A stretch of DNA of 64,000 bases from Narcine bancroftii (lineage: Eukaryota): contig NC_091478.1 of NCBI RefSeq assembly GCF_036971445.1, positions 62,992,001 to 63,056,000 on the forward strand, in the 5' to 3' direction. Shown here piece after piece: positions 20,690 to 33,850 of the stretch (positions are counted from its first letter, which is position 1; every line of letters starts with the position of its first letter). Under the pieces are notes generated by a model. That model had not been told where the DNA came from. It worked only from the letters and a program-made list of their open reading frames with translations, and ran no database searches. The translations under genes were made by a program, and so were the position numbers.

Positions 20690-23600
20690 TAACTTTTGTA
20701 CATACCAAAGTTGCATGTAATGTTGTTCCCATTTCCCTCTTACAGCAAAAACATCTATCCGATAAGGTTGAATCTCATTTAAAAATTTTTTGAGGAGTGA
20801 TATATACCCTGTGTAACCAATTAAACTGTATCATGCGTAACCTTGTGTTTATTGTATTCTTCATAGTTCCAGAACAACTTTTCAAATACTTCATTTTTAT
20901 CTTTATGTTTAGATCCTTTTCCCAATTCTGCTTAGGTTTATAATTTATTTCATTTTCCTTATCTTGCAGCTTAATGTACATGATGGTTATAAATCTTTTA
21001 ATTTCCATTGTGTCTGTAATTACATTTTCAAAGCTGCTTCCTTCAGGTAATCTCAAGCTGTTTACCAATTTATCCTTTAAATAAGCTTTCAATTGATGAT
21101 ATGCAAACATTGTCCATGAGTTATCCCATATTTGTACTTCAACTGTTCAAATGTTAATAAATTATTTCCCAAAAAATAATTTTCTATTCTTTTGATTCTT
21201 TTTCTCTCCCATTCTCTAAAGGAAAGGTTGTCTGTTGTAAAAGGATCTGGCAGATTGAGGGTCAATAATAATTTTTGTATTTGATAATTCGCTTTTTTTC
21301 CCTTTCTAAGTGGATCTTCTTCCATATATTGTAAATGATGCAGTACTGGTGTGTTATCATATTGCACCAACTTTTCATCCCACTTATAAAGTATATGTTC
21401 CAGTACCTTCTCCCCTATTTTATCTAGTTCTATCTTAGTCCAGTCTAGTTTTTCCCTTGTCTGGTAAAAATCTGATAAATACCTTAATTGTGTTGCTCTA
21501 TAATAATTTATAAAATTTGGTAACTGCAAACCACCTTGATTATACCTCTCTGCTAATTTATCTAATGCTACCTTTGATTTCCTCCCTTTCCACAAGAATT
21601 TCCTTATTATTCTCTTTAGTTCATTAAAGAACTTTTCTGTTAAAAGAATTGGTAATGTTTGAAATAAGTATTGTATTCTTGGGAACACGTTCATTTTAAT
21701 GCAGTTCACCCTCCCTATCAACGTTAGGGGTAATTCTTTTCAATGTTCTAAGTCTTCCTGCAATTTCTTTATTAGTGGCTGATAATTTAGTTTGTATAAG
21801 TGGCTTAAGTTATTATCTAACCTGATCCTAGGTATCGGATTGCTTGTGCTTGCCATCTAAATGGTGATTCTTTGTTAACTTCTGTATAGTCTGCAATACT
21901 CATTGGAATCACTTCACTTTTATTTCATTGATCTTGTAACCTGATATTTCTCCAAATTCCATCAATTTCTTATGACATTCTTTTACTGATAACTCTGGTT
22001 CTGTTAGGTATACTATGATGTCATCTGCAAATAAGCTGATTTTATACTCCTCCTTTTCTTTAATCATTTTTATTTTATTTTCTATTCTTATCAGTTCTGC
22101 CAAAGTTTCTATTGCTAAGGCGAACAATGAGGGGCATAGTGGACATCCCTGTCTAGTTGACCTACTTAATTTAAAGTGACTCGATACATATCAATTTACT
22201 GCTACCTTCGCCAATGGTCCATTATACAATGCTATAATCCAATTTATATTTTTTTTTCCTGTAGATTGAACTTCTGTAATACTTTAAGTAAGTAGTTCCA
22301 CTCTACTCTGTCAAAGGCTTTTTCTGCATTCTAGAGCAACAGCCACTGTTGGTTTCTTATTTCCTTAAACTGCATGGATTAGATTAATAAGTTTACAGAC
22401 ATTGTCCACTGTTTGTCTTTTCTTAATAAATCTAGTTTGATCTAGTTTTACTATTTTAGGAACACAGTCAGCCAATCTGTTAGCTAATAATTTCACTATT
22501 ATCTTATAGTCTAAATTAAGTAGAGATATTGGTCTATATGATGTTGGTGTTAATGAGTCCTTTCTAATCTTTGGTATTAATTTATTTTCATAATTTAATT
22601 TATATAAAAATTGATAATTAACATTCAAAATTATACCCAGATATTTGATTCGATCAGTCCACTTCAAATTAATAATATTCTTATAAACTGAATAATCTCC
22701 TTCACTTACCGGTAACATTTCACTTTTTTCCCAATTAACTTTATATCCAGAAAGACATCCATTTTGTATTAAACATTCCTTCAAATGCAAAGGTGACTGA
22801 GGTTGGTTTATTAAATACACCAATACATCATCAGCAAATAAATTAATTTTATACTCCTCATCTAAAACTTTCATACCTTGTATCTGTGTATTTTGTCTTA
22901 TCAACTGTGTTAAAGGTTCAATCACTAACACAAACAAAGCTGATGATAAAGGAAAATCTTGATGAGTTGATTGAGTTAACTTAAAAGATTCTGAAATCAA
23001 ACCATTCCTCAATATTCTAGCTACCAGTTTACTATATAGAGACCTAATCCAACTAATAAAAGAAGGACCAAATTTAAGTTTCTCCAAAACTTTAAATAAA
23101 AAATTCCATTCAACTCTATCAAATGCTTTTTATACATCTAAGGATATCACCATCGGATGATCATCAAACTAATCATGCGAAAAATGTTATCTGAAGCATA
23201 ATTATTCTTTATAAAACCTGTTTGATCAATATGAATCAACTTTGGTAAAAGTTTAGCCAATCTATTCGCTAATTCTTTAGCTATTATTTTATAATCTACA
23301 TTTAACAACGAAAGTGATCTATATGAAGATACTTTCAAAGGATCTCTACCTTTTTTTTTAGGAATTACTGTAATTAAAGCACCAGAACAAGACTCAGGTA
23401 AATCATGAAGTTCTCCAACTTGATGTGATACATCCCCAAACACAGAAGATAAATCATCATAAAAGATTTATAAAACTCAACCGAAAATCTATCATCACCA
23501 TGAGACTTACCATTCGCCAATTCCAGCATAGCCATTTTAATTTCTGAATCAGTAAATGGTTCTTCTAACTCCTGTATATCTCCATCCTCTAATATTGGTA

Positions 23601-26600
23601 AATTCAACTGTGATTTAAAAAAATCAATCGATCCAGTTTCCTGTTTTCCTTCAAATGTATATAATTTTTTATAAAATGAATAAAATTCATCATTGATCTC
23701 ATGAGGTTTATAAGTATAAGAGAATTCCATCTAACAGCATTAATAGTCCTCGATATCTGTTCTTTCTTTAATTGCCATGCCAATACCTTATCTGCTTGCT
23801 CTCCCCATTCATAATACTGTTGTTTAGTCCTATTAATCACACATTCAAATTGATAAGATTGCAAAGTATTATATTTCATTTTCAGCCTAGGTAATTCTAT
23901 TTTCTGATCTTCTGTAGTAGCATCTTTCTGAAATTCCTTTTCTAACATCGATCTGTTTCTCTAATTCAAAACTCTGATTTAATCGATTTTTTTTTATTTT
24001 AGAAGTATAACTAATTATTTGTCCTCTCAAATAGGCTTTCATATCATCTCATAATACAAACTTACTTTGAAGAGAATTATAATTTTCTTTAAAAAAAAAT
24101 TAATTTGTTTTTTCAAAAAATCACTAAATTCCATATTTTTTAACATTGTATTAAATCTCCAATGATAAGCTATTTGAATTTTCTCAGAAGTTTAATATGT
24201 AAAATATAACAGAGAATGATTTGACATCACCCTACTTTTATATTCCGCTTGTTGTATTTTCCCTTTTAAATGTGCTGATACTAAAATGAACTCAATTCTT
24301 GAAAATGATTCATGACTAGATGAATAAAAGGAAAAATCTTTCTCTGTTGGATTAAGATGTCTCCAAATATCTACTAAATTAAGATCTTTCATCAATGCTT
24401 GGACCTGGATTGCCATCTTAGATTTTTTTTACTTTCTTCGGAGATTTATCTAATAAAGGTTCCAAAAACACAATTAAAATCACCACCAACTAAAATATAA
24501 TCATTAGCTTGACCCAAACATATAAATGCCTCCGAAATAAAAACTTCATCATCTGGATTTGGAGCATAAATAGTAAGTAAAGTCCAAAATTCACTAAAAA
24601 TCTTACAATTCAATTTGTGATTGAATCATGCCCTTTCCTCCATTGATTGTAATTCAAAAGATAAATTTTTATGTATCAAAATTGCTACACTTTTAGCTCT
24701 AGAATTAAATGAAGAATGATATACATGTCCAACCCAGTCCCTTTTTAATTTCATGCTTTCCTTCACATTCAAATGTGTTTCTTGTAAAAAGGCAATATCA
24801 ATTCTCATTTTCTTAATATTAACTTCTGTTTAATCATACTATTTAATTATCGAACATTAAAAGTATCAAACAACTTTGACATATCTACTATTATTACTAA
24901 ATATCAATAATATCTTTATATAAAAACTCAAATCAACGTATATAGACCCTCCAATAAAAAAAATCACAAATTAAAAACTAAAAAATAAAACAAAAATAAA
25001 AAACAATAAAGAAAAAGAAAAAAAGAAAACTCCTTAAAAAAAGCTAAGAAAGGTAGTAATCCCCTAAACAAAAATTGAGTCTGTGTCACCCACCAGTGGC
25101 TGATGACTAGTAAAGAACTTAGTGCAAATCTCTCCCTCCCCAGCCAAACAATCAGTAACATCAAAATATCGTAATTACAAAAAAAAAATAGAATAAGAAA
25201 ATTCTTCTTTTGATCCAAAAGATTCCAATCTCGAAGATCCCATTTCAGAAGGAGGTAGACTCTTTCCATTCCCGTTTTTCCCATTTCTGCCATTTCTTCC
25301 ATTTCCAGAGCTACCAAAGTTTTCTTTAGGGGATAATGGAGGACTACGTCTTTGTCCTCTTATATCTGGCAAAGAGTCAGCAAAAATAATTGCTTCAGAA
25401 TCAGTTTCAAAAAACAGAAATTCATAGTCTCCGTAAAACACCTTCAAAACTGCAGGGTAACGAAAAGTAGACTGAAACTTTTACGCCACAAAGCTTATTT
25501 AACTGGATTGAATCGATGTTGATGTTGAATGACATCTTGACTCAGATCAGGATAAGAAAAGACTCTGCTATACTGAATCAATAATGGGGTTTTTCATTGT
25601 CTCACATTTTGTACTGCAAGTTGAAGTATGGCTTGTATATCCAAATAAATCAAACATCGAATTATTACCGGTCTTGGGGGTTGACCAGCTGAGGGTATTC
25701 TTCTTAAAGCTCTATAGGCTCTTTCCAGTACCAATCCCCCAGAGAAAAATTCTGGCCCTAATATTTGCGGAATCCAGTCTTTAAAAAAACGAAGAAAATC
25801 TTCTGGCAAACCTACAATTTTCACATTATTCCTTCTGCTTTGATTTTCCAAATAATTTATTTTTCTTTCTAGCTCCTTCTCATGATCTCATAATTCTATG
25901 ACTGATTTTTACACCTTCAACACTTTTTCTGTATTAGAAGTCACTTGTTGTTTACAGTCCAAAAAAGCAGTCTGAATTAAAAAAAATTCTTCATAAGTTG
26001 CATCCACACGTGTCTTAACCATATTTAATTCTGAACTCATAGCAGCATTCATTTCAACCATTTCAATATTCTGAGATGTCAACAAATCCATTCCAGGTTT
26101 TATAACAGCTTGAATAATTGCATTCAATTGCATACACTGTGAATCAGCAAATCTCAGCTCTGCTCTCTCTGACATAGTGGCTGTACAAGGTAACTGCAGC
26201 TCCTGATGCAACTCAACAGAAGGCATTTTAAAAGTTTAACTGCGGGTCTGGACTCCCAGCGATGGCACCCCGACTTCCTCAGGGTGTTGCTGCTGGTCTC
26301 CCCCCCTCCAGTATCTCATTGTTTTCTCACCAATTCGCAAAGAAAAACAATTTCTTCAGATTAAAATGCTACCTGGTGCATTTCCATCAATGGCGTCATC
26401 TTCCTGCATACTCCCTCCATTGAAATTGAAAGTCTTTCCAAATCGGGGTCCATTTCTTGGAAACACACACCTTCTTCTGGAGAACGAGTAATTCCAGCGC
26501 ACTCCTTCATTTGGTGAACAATAGATTATTTTCAGCCCCCACAGGCGATCTTTGGGGTTAAGGCAATGAAGAAATTGAGCCTGGGGCTGTTTCAGGTCTC

Positions 26601-29600
26601 TAGGCCCCAGATCTTTGGCACTTCAAAAATGTAACTTCTTATGAACTTGTGGATTAGTCCTTTTCCCATTAGTGGCCATAATAATTCCTTAATACTTTAA
26701 ACTAAAATTTTAAAAGTTTTCAAGTTTTAAAAACTTGAAAACAAAGTGTTAAAAAACAGGTATTTAAAAGTCTGGCCAGAGAGGTTGAGATTGCACATCC
26801 AGACTCTACACCATCTTGTCACGCCACCCCCATCTTTGGTATTAATGTAATTATTGCTCTCTTACATGAATCTGGCAAGTTTTCTGTTTCTTATGTCTGG
26901 TTCATTACTTACAGTAGAGGAGGAATTAATAACTCTTCAAATATTTTATAAAATTCTATTGGAAATCCATCCTCTCCTGGTGATTTATTGTTCAGCAGCT
27001 TTTTTAATATATCCTGTACTTCCTCTATTTCAAATGGTTTTATTCGTTTGTTTTGTTCCTCTTCTTGCAAATTCGGCAATTCAATTTTAGCTTAAAAATT
27101 CCTCTATTTTATCATCTTTGCCCTCGTTCTCAGTTTGTTACAATTGTTCATAAAATTCTTTATAATTTCTGTTGGATTATATGTAATTTGTTTGTCTTTT
27201 TTCCTTTAACTTGTTCTGTTTTAAGTTGCCAGGCTAATATTTTATGTGTTTTTTTTCTCCCAGTTCATAATATTTTTGCTTTGTTTCCATTATGTTCTTC
27301 TCCACCTGATACATTTGTAATGTTTCGTATTTAAATTTTTTTGTCCGCCAATTCTCTCCTTTTCATTGTATCATCCCTTTTCACTAATTCCTTTTCTGTA
27401 CTTACTATCTCCATTTCCAACTGCTCTATTTCCCGATTGTAATCCTATTTCATCTTAGTCACATAACTTATTATCTGCCCTCTAATGAAGGCTTTTGTTG
27501 TGTCCCATAATATAAATTTGTCTTTCAGTGATCCTGTGTTTATTTCAAAATATGTTTTAATTTGGAATTCAATAAACTCCCTACATTCCTGTCTTTTACA
27601 AAGCATGGAGTTTAACCTCTATCTATATATTCTTGGTGGGATGTCCACCCCAGTTCTATTGCTAATAATAGGGGTGAATGATCTGATAGTAGTCTAGCTT
27701 TATACTCAGTTTTTCTAACTCTCCCTTGAATATGGGCTGACAACAAAAACATAACAATCCTTGAGTAAGTTTTGTGCCTACTCGAATAATATGAAAATTC
27801 CTTCTCTCTTGGGTGTTACCTCATCCATAAGTTTCATTTCCTGCATTGATTTAACCATAATATTGGTTACTTTATTCTTTTTACTTGTCTTTTGTCCAGT
27901 TTTATCCAACATTGGGTCCAAATTAAGGTTAAAATCCCCTCCTATCAATATATTTCTTTGTGTGTCTGCAATCTTCAAAAAAATATCCTGCATAAACTTA
28001 TGATCCTCCTCATTAGGTGCGTATATATTGAGCAAATTCCAAAATTCTGAGTGTATCTGACACTTTATCATTGCATACCTCCCTGCCGGATCTATTATTT
28101 CCTCCTCTATTTTGATTGGTAATATGGCTATACCTCTAGCTTTTGAATGACAGGATGATGCCATTACATGTCCTACCCAATCTCTATTTAGTTTGTTATG
28201 TTCCGCTTCAGTTATGTGTTTCCCGCACAATTGCTATATCTATTTTTTCCTTCTTCAATAAATTTAGTAGCCTCTTCCTTTTAATTTGGTTATGGATTAC
28301 ATTAATGTTTATAGTCATATAGTTCAACATGGCCATCTTATATCTTGTATACACCACTTTTCCAACTCTTCGCCACCTCCATCCCCCTTTTCCCCATTTT
28401 CATCTCTTAGTTTTCTCTTATTACACTTAATGTACAACAACACATTTAAAACATAAAGTACCCTCACAGTTCTCACATTAACCCCAAAAGTTTCCCCCTC
28501 TCTGAGTTGCCCCATATCCATTGCTGGACATCCACAACTCCCCTTTTCACTTGGATTGCAATCTTGTTCACAGCGCCAACTGATTTTGCAGTGATGGTTA
28601 TTCCATCTCTACCCATCCCTCTCCAGAAAACACTTTTTTAAAACACATATAACAAAGCTCTCTCTTTTTCCCCTTACCCCCTTCCTTCCTTCTCTTTTCC
28701 CTCTATAGTTCTTTACATATAAATTGTTTTTACATCTTTATATATACTTTATCACCATTTGTCATTCTTGTTACATCTCTTCATCTCTTCTTCTGTCTTG
28801 CAAACATTCTGCAAATTCTTGCACTTTCTCTGGATCCGAGAACAGTCTGTTTTGCTCCCTGGGTATAAATATTTTAAACCAGATGGATTTCATGACATGT
28901 ATTTTTAACTTTTTTTTCCATAAAATCAATTTCGCTGTTTTAAACTCCTTCCTCCTCCTTGAGTTCAAAACTTATGCCTGGGTACAAAAAATATTTTTGA
29001 CCCTTTTATTCCAATGCTTTTTTAAATCTTCTCTAACTTTATTCCTAGCTCTTTCCAGTATATTTTCTCTTGTCGTGTATCTCAAAAATTTTATTAAGAT
29101 GGATCTTGGTTTTTGATGTGCCTGTGGTTTCGGAGCTAATGGTCTGTGTGCCCTTATTTTCTATTCTTCCTGCATTTCTGTCATTCCCAGGACCTTCTGG
29201 ATCTATCCTTTTATAAATTGCTTCATGTCTGTGCCTTCTTCACCCTCCTTCAAGCCCACTATTTTTTATGTTGTTCCACCAACTATAATTTTCCAACATA
29301 TCAATTTTCTGAGATAACAACTCTTGTGTCTCTTTAATTTTTTTTGTCACTTTCTTCCAATTTTTCTCTTAAGTCATTTACTTCCATTTCTACACCATTT
29401 CCCATTCTTCCACGTACTCTACTCTTTTCCCTATTTCTGTTATTACCACTTCTAAACTTTGCATCTTCTGTTCTTTTCATTTTCCTTTTAATTGCATTAA
29501 ATTCTAATTATAACCATTCTTTTAGTGATCTCATTTGTTCTTAAAAAAAAACTTTATCTATACTCTGTTCATCAGTTTTACCTTTTATTTCTGTTTGTCC

Positions 29601-30365
29601 ATCAGTTTTATCTTCTATTTCTCTATGAAGATCTTGGTTTTCTTCTTTCTCTTCTTTTGTGACTGTACCTGTGTTTGTGTCTTCATCTTCTCCTCTTTGT
29701 GCCTGTGTCTCTTCTGTTTTCCCTTATGAGCTACTTGTATCTCTTTGTCAGGCCTCTTCTTGCTGGGCCTTTTGTTGCTGGTCCTCCCCTCCTGGGCTGC
29801 TTATGTGTTGTGCTTCCTGACGTTGGCCTTCTTATCATTCAACCCTCCGTCTATATCCCACATCTGTTTCATCGCTCCCTCTTCTGCTGTCTTCCTCATC
29901 CTCCAGCTGAGAGCCCTGGTGTTGGGTGTCATTTAGCTGTTCACGTTGTGACAGCCTGCTCCTCTGCTGAGCCCCCTTCCACCAGTGTCCTCTTTCTCCT
30001 TTGATTGCACACTGCACACATTTGTTTGGCTCAGAGAACCATTTTTGAAGTCCACCAGCTGGTGAGTCGCAACTCTGTAGGTCAGGTACTGACCTCGAGG
30101 ATTGGGCGCTCCTCGCCACCACAGCGCCTTGTTCCTTCTTGTAGGTAAAGTCTTCTTCTTTCTTCTCCGGCGACTTTTCTCCTTTTTTTTCCAGTTGTTC
30201 TTACTTTCTCCTTCTTGGAAGCCATCTTCTTTCTCTTTTCTCTATCTTTATCTTCTATTTCTTATATTTTATTTTTGTTATGCTTTGCTTTTTTCTAACG
30301 TTTCTCCTATTTTCCTGGAGAGGGCTGGTTTCCCCAACCGGCCACTACTCCATCACGTGACTCCC
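20690..30365 (-). mobile_element. Near-full-length degraded L1-clade LINE (outer), split at 22581/26832 by a second L1
   Basis: 5' end near 30365 (GGAGTCACGTGATGGAG). ORF1 remnants at 28770-30230. EN (RDWVG..SKARGIAIL, NIYAPN, GGDFN), RT (SYRPISLLNLDYKI, LFADD), and C-terminal part to ~20690. Many frameshifts. Confidence 0.9.
22582..26831 (-). mobile_element. Nested L1 (inner): intact 5' end, 3'-truncated inside RT, 15-bp TSD
   Basis: TSD ATCTTTGGTATTAAT at 22567-22581 and 26832-26846. 5' end GGGGGTGGCGTGACAAGATGG. ORF1 (ENQSRRNNVKIVGLPE), EN (FLQETHL, DIWRHLNP) and RT through LFADD/YLGI. Confidence 0.9.
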
Positions 30366-30369
30366 GACT

Positions 30370-30984
30370 CACCGGAACTTGATGTCCTCTATTCTCTCCT
30401 CTACTGAGTTATTAATGTGTAGTGGGAGGTAGCAGTCGCTGGCCTATCACAATCATCTGCTTTATCTTCTCCAGGATGATTCTCAGGTTGTTTCTCTTGC
30501 ACTATTTCACAAGATTCCCCCCCCCACCCCCGCCCTCTTCTCTGTAGTGCGACTCATCATTGTTGCTGATCAGGCTAAGCACTGTCGTGTCATCCAAAAA
30601 CTCTGTTGGAGCTGGATCTGACACTGCTGTTGTATGTCCATAGGGTAAAGAAGTGCGGACTGAGCACACAGCTCTCAGCTGAGAGCCAGTTCTCAGCATG
30701 ATGGTGTTCCACGTTCTGCTTCAGTCCCGAACAGTCTTCTTTCCTTAAGGAGTCCAGAATCCAGTTAGATGGAGGGGTGATGAGTTGCAGCGAGGTCAAC
30801 TTGCCACTAATCTTTGGAGTAGATTGTACGAAACGCCGAGCTGAAGTAAATGTACAGCACTTAGCATATATTGTTCTCCAGATGGGTCAAGGTGGAGTGA
30901 TTTTCAATCAATTGCTTTCTCAAAATAGGCTGTGATGCAACCAGTCAGTATGCTTTCCACGGTGCACCTGCGGAACTTTGATAT
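30370..30984 (-). mobile_element. Rex1/Babar fragments (continue at 32371-32840)
   Basis: LRTGSQLRAVCS, FLDDTTVLSLISNNDESHYREE and CTVESILTGCIT motifs. Confidence 0.7.
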
Positions 30985-32361
30985 CTTCTTCTTTGGCTTG
31001 GCTTCGCGGATGAAGATTTATGGAGGGGGTAAATGTCCACGTCAGCTGCAGGCTCGTTTGTGGCTGACAAGTCCGATGCGGGACAGGCAGACATGGTTGC
31101 AGCGGTTGCAGAGGAAAATTGGTTGGTTGGGGTTGGGTGTTGGGTTTTTCTTCCTTTGTCTTTTGTCAGTGAGGTGGGCTCTGCGGTCTTCTTGAAAGGA
31201 GGTTGCTACCCTCCGAACTGTGAGGCGCCAAGATGCACGGTTTGAGGCAATATCAGCGCACTGGCGGTGGTCAATGTGGCAGGCACCAAGAGATTTCTTT
31301 AGGCAGTCCTTGTACCTCTTCTTTGGTGCATTCTGTCACGGTGGCCAGTGGAGGGCTCACCATATAACATGATCTTGGGAAGGCGATGGTTCTCCATTCT
31401 GGAGACGTGACCCACCCAGCGCAGCTGGATCTTCAGCAGCACGGACTCGATGCTTTCGGCCTCTGCCATCTTGAGTACTTCGACGATAGGGATGAAGGCG
31501 CTCGAATGAATGTTGAGGATGGAGCGGAGACAACGCTGGTGGAAGCGTTCTAGGAGCCATAGGTGATGCCGGTAGAGGACCCATGATTTGGAGCTGAACA
31601 GGAGTGTGGGTATGACAACGGCTCCGTATACGCTTATCTTTGTGAGGTTTTTCAGTTGGTTGTTTTTCCAGACTCTTTTGTGCAGTCTTCCAAAGGTGCT
31701 ATTTGCCTTGGCGAGTCTGTTGTCTATCTCGTTGTCGATCCTTGCATCTGATGAAATGGTGCAGCCGAGATAGGTAAACTGGTTGACTGTTTTGAGTTTT
31801 GTGTGCCCGATGGAGATGTGGGGGGGCTGGTAGTCATGGTGGGGAGCTGGCTGATGGAGGACCTCAGTTTTCTTCAGGCTGACTTCCAGGCCAAACATTT
31901 TGGGAGTTTCCGCAAAACAGGACATCAAGCGCTGAAGAGCTGGCTCTGAATGGGCAACTAAAGCGGCATCGTCTGCAAAGAGTAGTTCACGGACAAGTTT
32001 CTCTTGTGTCTTGGTGTGAGCTTGCAGATGCCTCAGATTGAAGAGACTGCCATCCGTGAGGTACCAGATGTAAACAGCATCTTCATTGTTGACGTCTTTC
32101 ATGGCTTGGTTCAGCATCATGCTGAAGAAGATTGAAAAGAGGGTTGGTGCGAGACCACAGCCTTGCTTCATGCCATTGTTAATGGAGAAGGGTTCAGAGA
32201 GCTCATTGCTGTATCTGACCCGACCTTGTTGGTTTTCGTGCAGTTGAATAACCATGTTGAGGAACTTTGGGGGCATCCGATGCGCTCTAGTATTTGCCAA
32301 AGCCCTTTCCTGCTCATGGTGTCGAAGTCTTTGGTGAGGTCAACAAAGGTGATGTAGAGTC
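30985..32361 (-). mobile_element. 5'-truncated RTE-clade LINE inserted into a Rex1 fragment
   Basis: 333-aa ORF (GMKQGCGLAPTLF, LLFADD, FTYLG, QLRWVGHVSRM, RLPKIMLYGE). (GAA)n tail. 9-bp TSD CTTTGATAT at 30976-30984 and 32362-32370. Confidence 0.93.
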
Positions 32362-32844
32362 CTTTGATATATAATTTGATGGTATACCAGATATCTAGAC
32401 ATTTTAGAAAGTATAGGCATTGGTATGCCTTCTTCAAGTTTGTCTCGAAGCATTGCTCTGGGAGAGCCCTTCTAATATATGGACTTCAAGGAACTTGAAG
32501 GTATTAAGTCTCTCCACCTCTGTCCCATCTATAGAGTCTGGCATGTGATCTATCGGCTTCCCCCTTTCTATTATCAAGCTCTTTGGTCTTAATGATGTTG
32601 AGAGCAGGAATGTGGTTGTGGCACCACCCATTCGTATTCCTGACCTATATTTTGACATTATTTCCAGTTATCTGGCCAACCAAGGGGAGTCTCAGCAACT
32701 TTATAGACTGTGATGCAGATGCATTTGTCTACACAGTCCACAAGAAATAAAGCAGGGGCCCTTGGGTGACCTTGAATTGATGGTCAGCGAGGAGGATGTA
32801 CCAATCTGTCTTTTCCTATGCCATATGCAAATATGTGTGACATT

Positions 32845-33850
32845 GGATAACTCAGGCACTTGCGATGGTAAAGGATCCCTGGTTGGCTCACCAGCAGCAT
32901 CACCTCTCCTTTGTGTAGCACTTTACCACCGACATTAGGCACAAGGCGGGAAAGAACAACATGGTTGCTGATGCACTCTCCCAGCCATCTGTACGCTGAC
33001 ACACAGCCTCGACTTCCACCAGCTCACCCAGGACCCGATGTCTGATGAGGAGATGAGAGCCTTCAAGACCACCATCACCAGCCTGCGGTTCCGAGATCTC
33101 CTGACTCCGAGTGGTGAAGATACCATCCTTTGCAATATCTCCATGGGCACTCCATGACCAGTGGTTCCCCAGCAGTGGCACAGGCGGGTCTTTCATCACA
33201 TCCAAGACCTTTCACATCCGTCCATCACATCCACGGTCCGGATGATGGCAGAACGGTTCATATGGCATGGGCTGCGGAAGCAGATCGTGGGCTGGGCCAG
33301 AACATGCACCCATTGCAGACATCCAAGGTGCATACGCACACCAGGGCACTGTAACAGGAGTTCGAGTATGTCCGGGAATGGTTCAGCCACATTCACATGG
33401 ACATTGTCAGGCCCTTACCCATTTCCCGAGGCAACCATTACCTGTTTATGATGGTGGACCACACCACTCGCTGGCCCAAGGCAATCTCGATGCTAGACAC
33501 CTCCACTGACTCCTGCTCCCAGCACTGTTGCATGGTTGTGTCACCCGGTTCAGCATCCTGGGGCACCTCACCAGCGATTGGAGCATCCAGTTCACATCTG
33601 TGCTCTGGGCACAGCTCGCCAATAGGTTGGGGATACAGCTACACCGCACCATGGCCTACCACCCACTGGCCAATAGACTGGTTGAATGTCTGCACCGGTG
33701 CTGACTGGTTGGACAAACTGCCTTGGGTGCTCCTGGGCATCCACTCCACTCCCAAGGAAGATCTGCAGGTGTCATCAGCTGAGCTGGTCTATGGTGCACC
33801 GCTGGCACTACCTGGTGAGTTCGTCAAAGCACCTCACAATCCATTTCATT
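32845..33850 (+). mobile_element. Gypsy LTR-retrotransposon pol fragment (RNase H end and integrase), frameshifted
   Basis: HKAGKNNMVADALS, HHCC zinc finger (FHHIQDLSHP...RFIWHGLRK...CTHC), and rve motifs FSHIHMDIV..LP, VDHTTRWP, WLDKLPWVLLGI, SSAELVYG. Confidence 0.9.

Larger units (their letters stand above)
1..28232 (+). repeat. Segmental duplication, copy 1 of the ~35.76-kb tandem unit (part shared with copy 2)
   Basis: Position 1 TGGCATATCATTTTGCC recurs at 35745. The ORF track repeats with offsets of 35744, 35763, 35765 and 35768. Only scattered SNPs and small indels differ. Confidence 0.98.

Noticed and set aside
22365-23087. 240-aa ORF with permuted RT motifs
   Set aside because: It is explained by the nested L1 junction at 22581/22582 and is not a gene.
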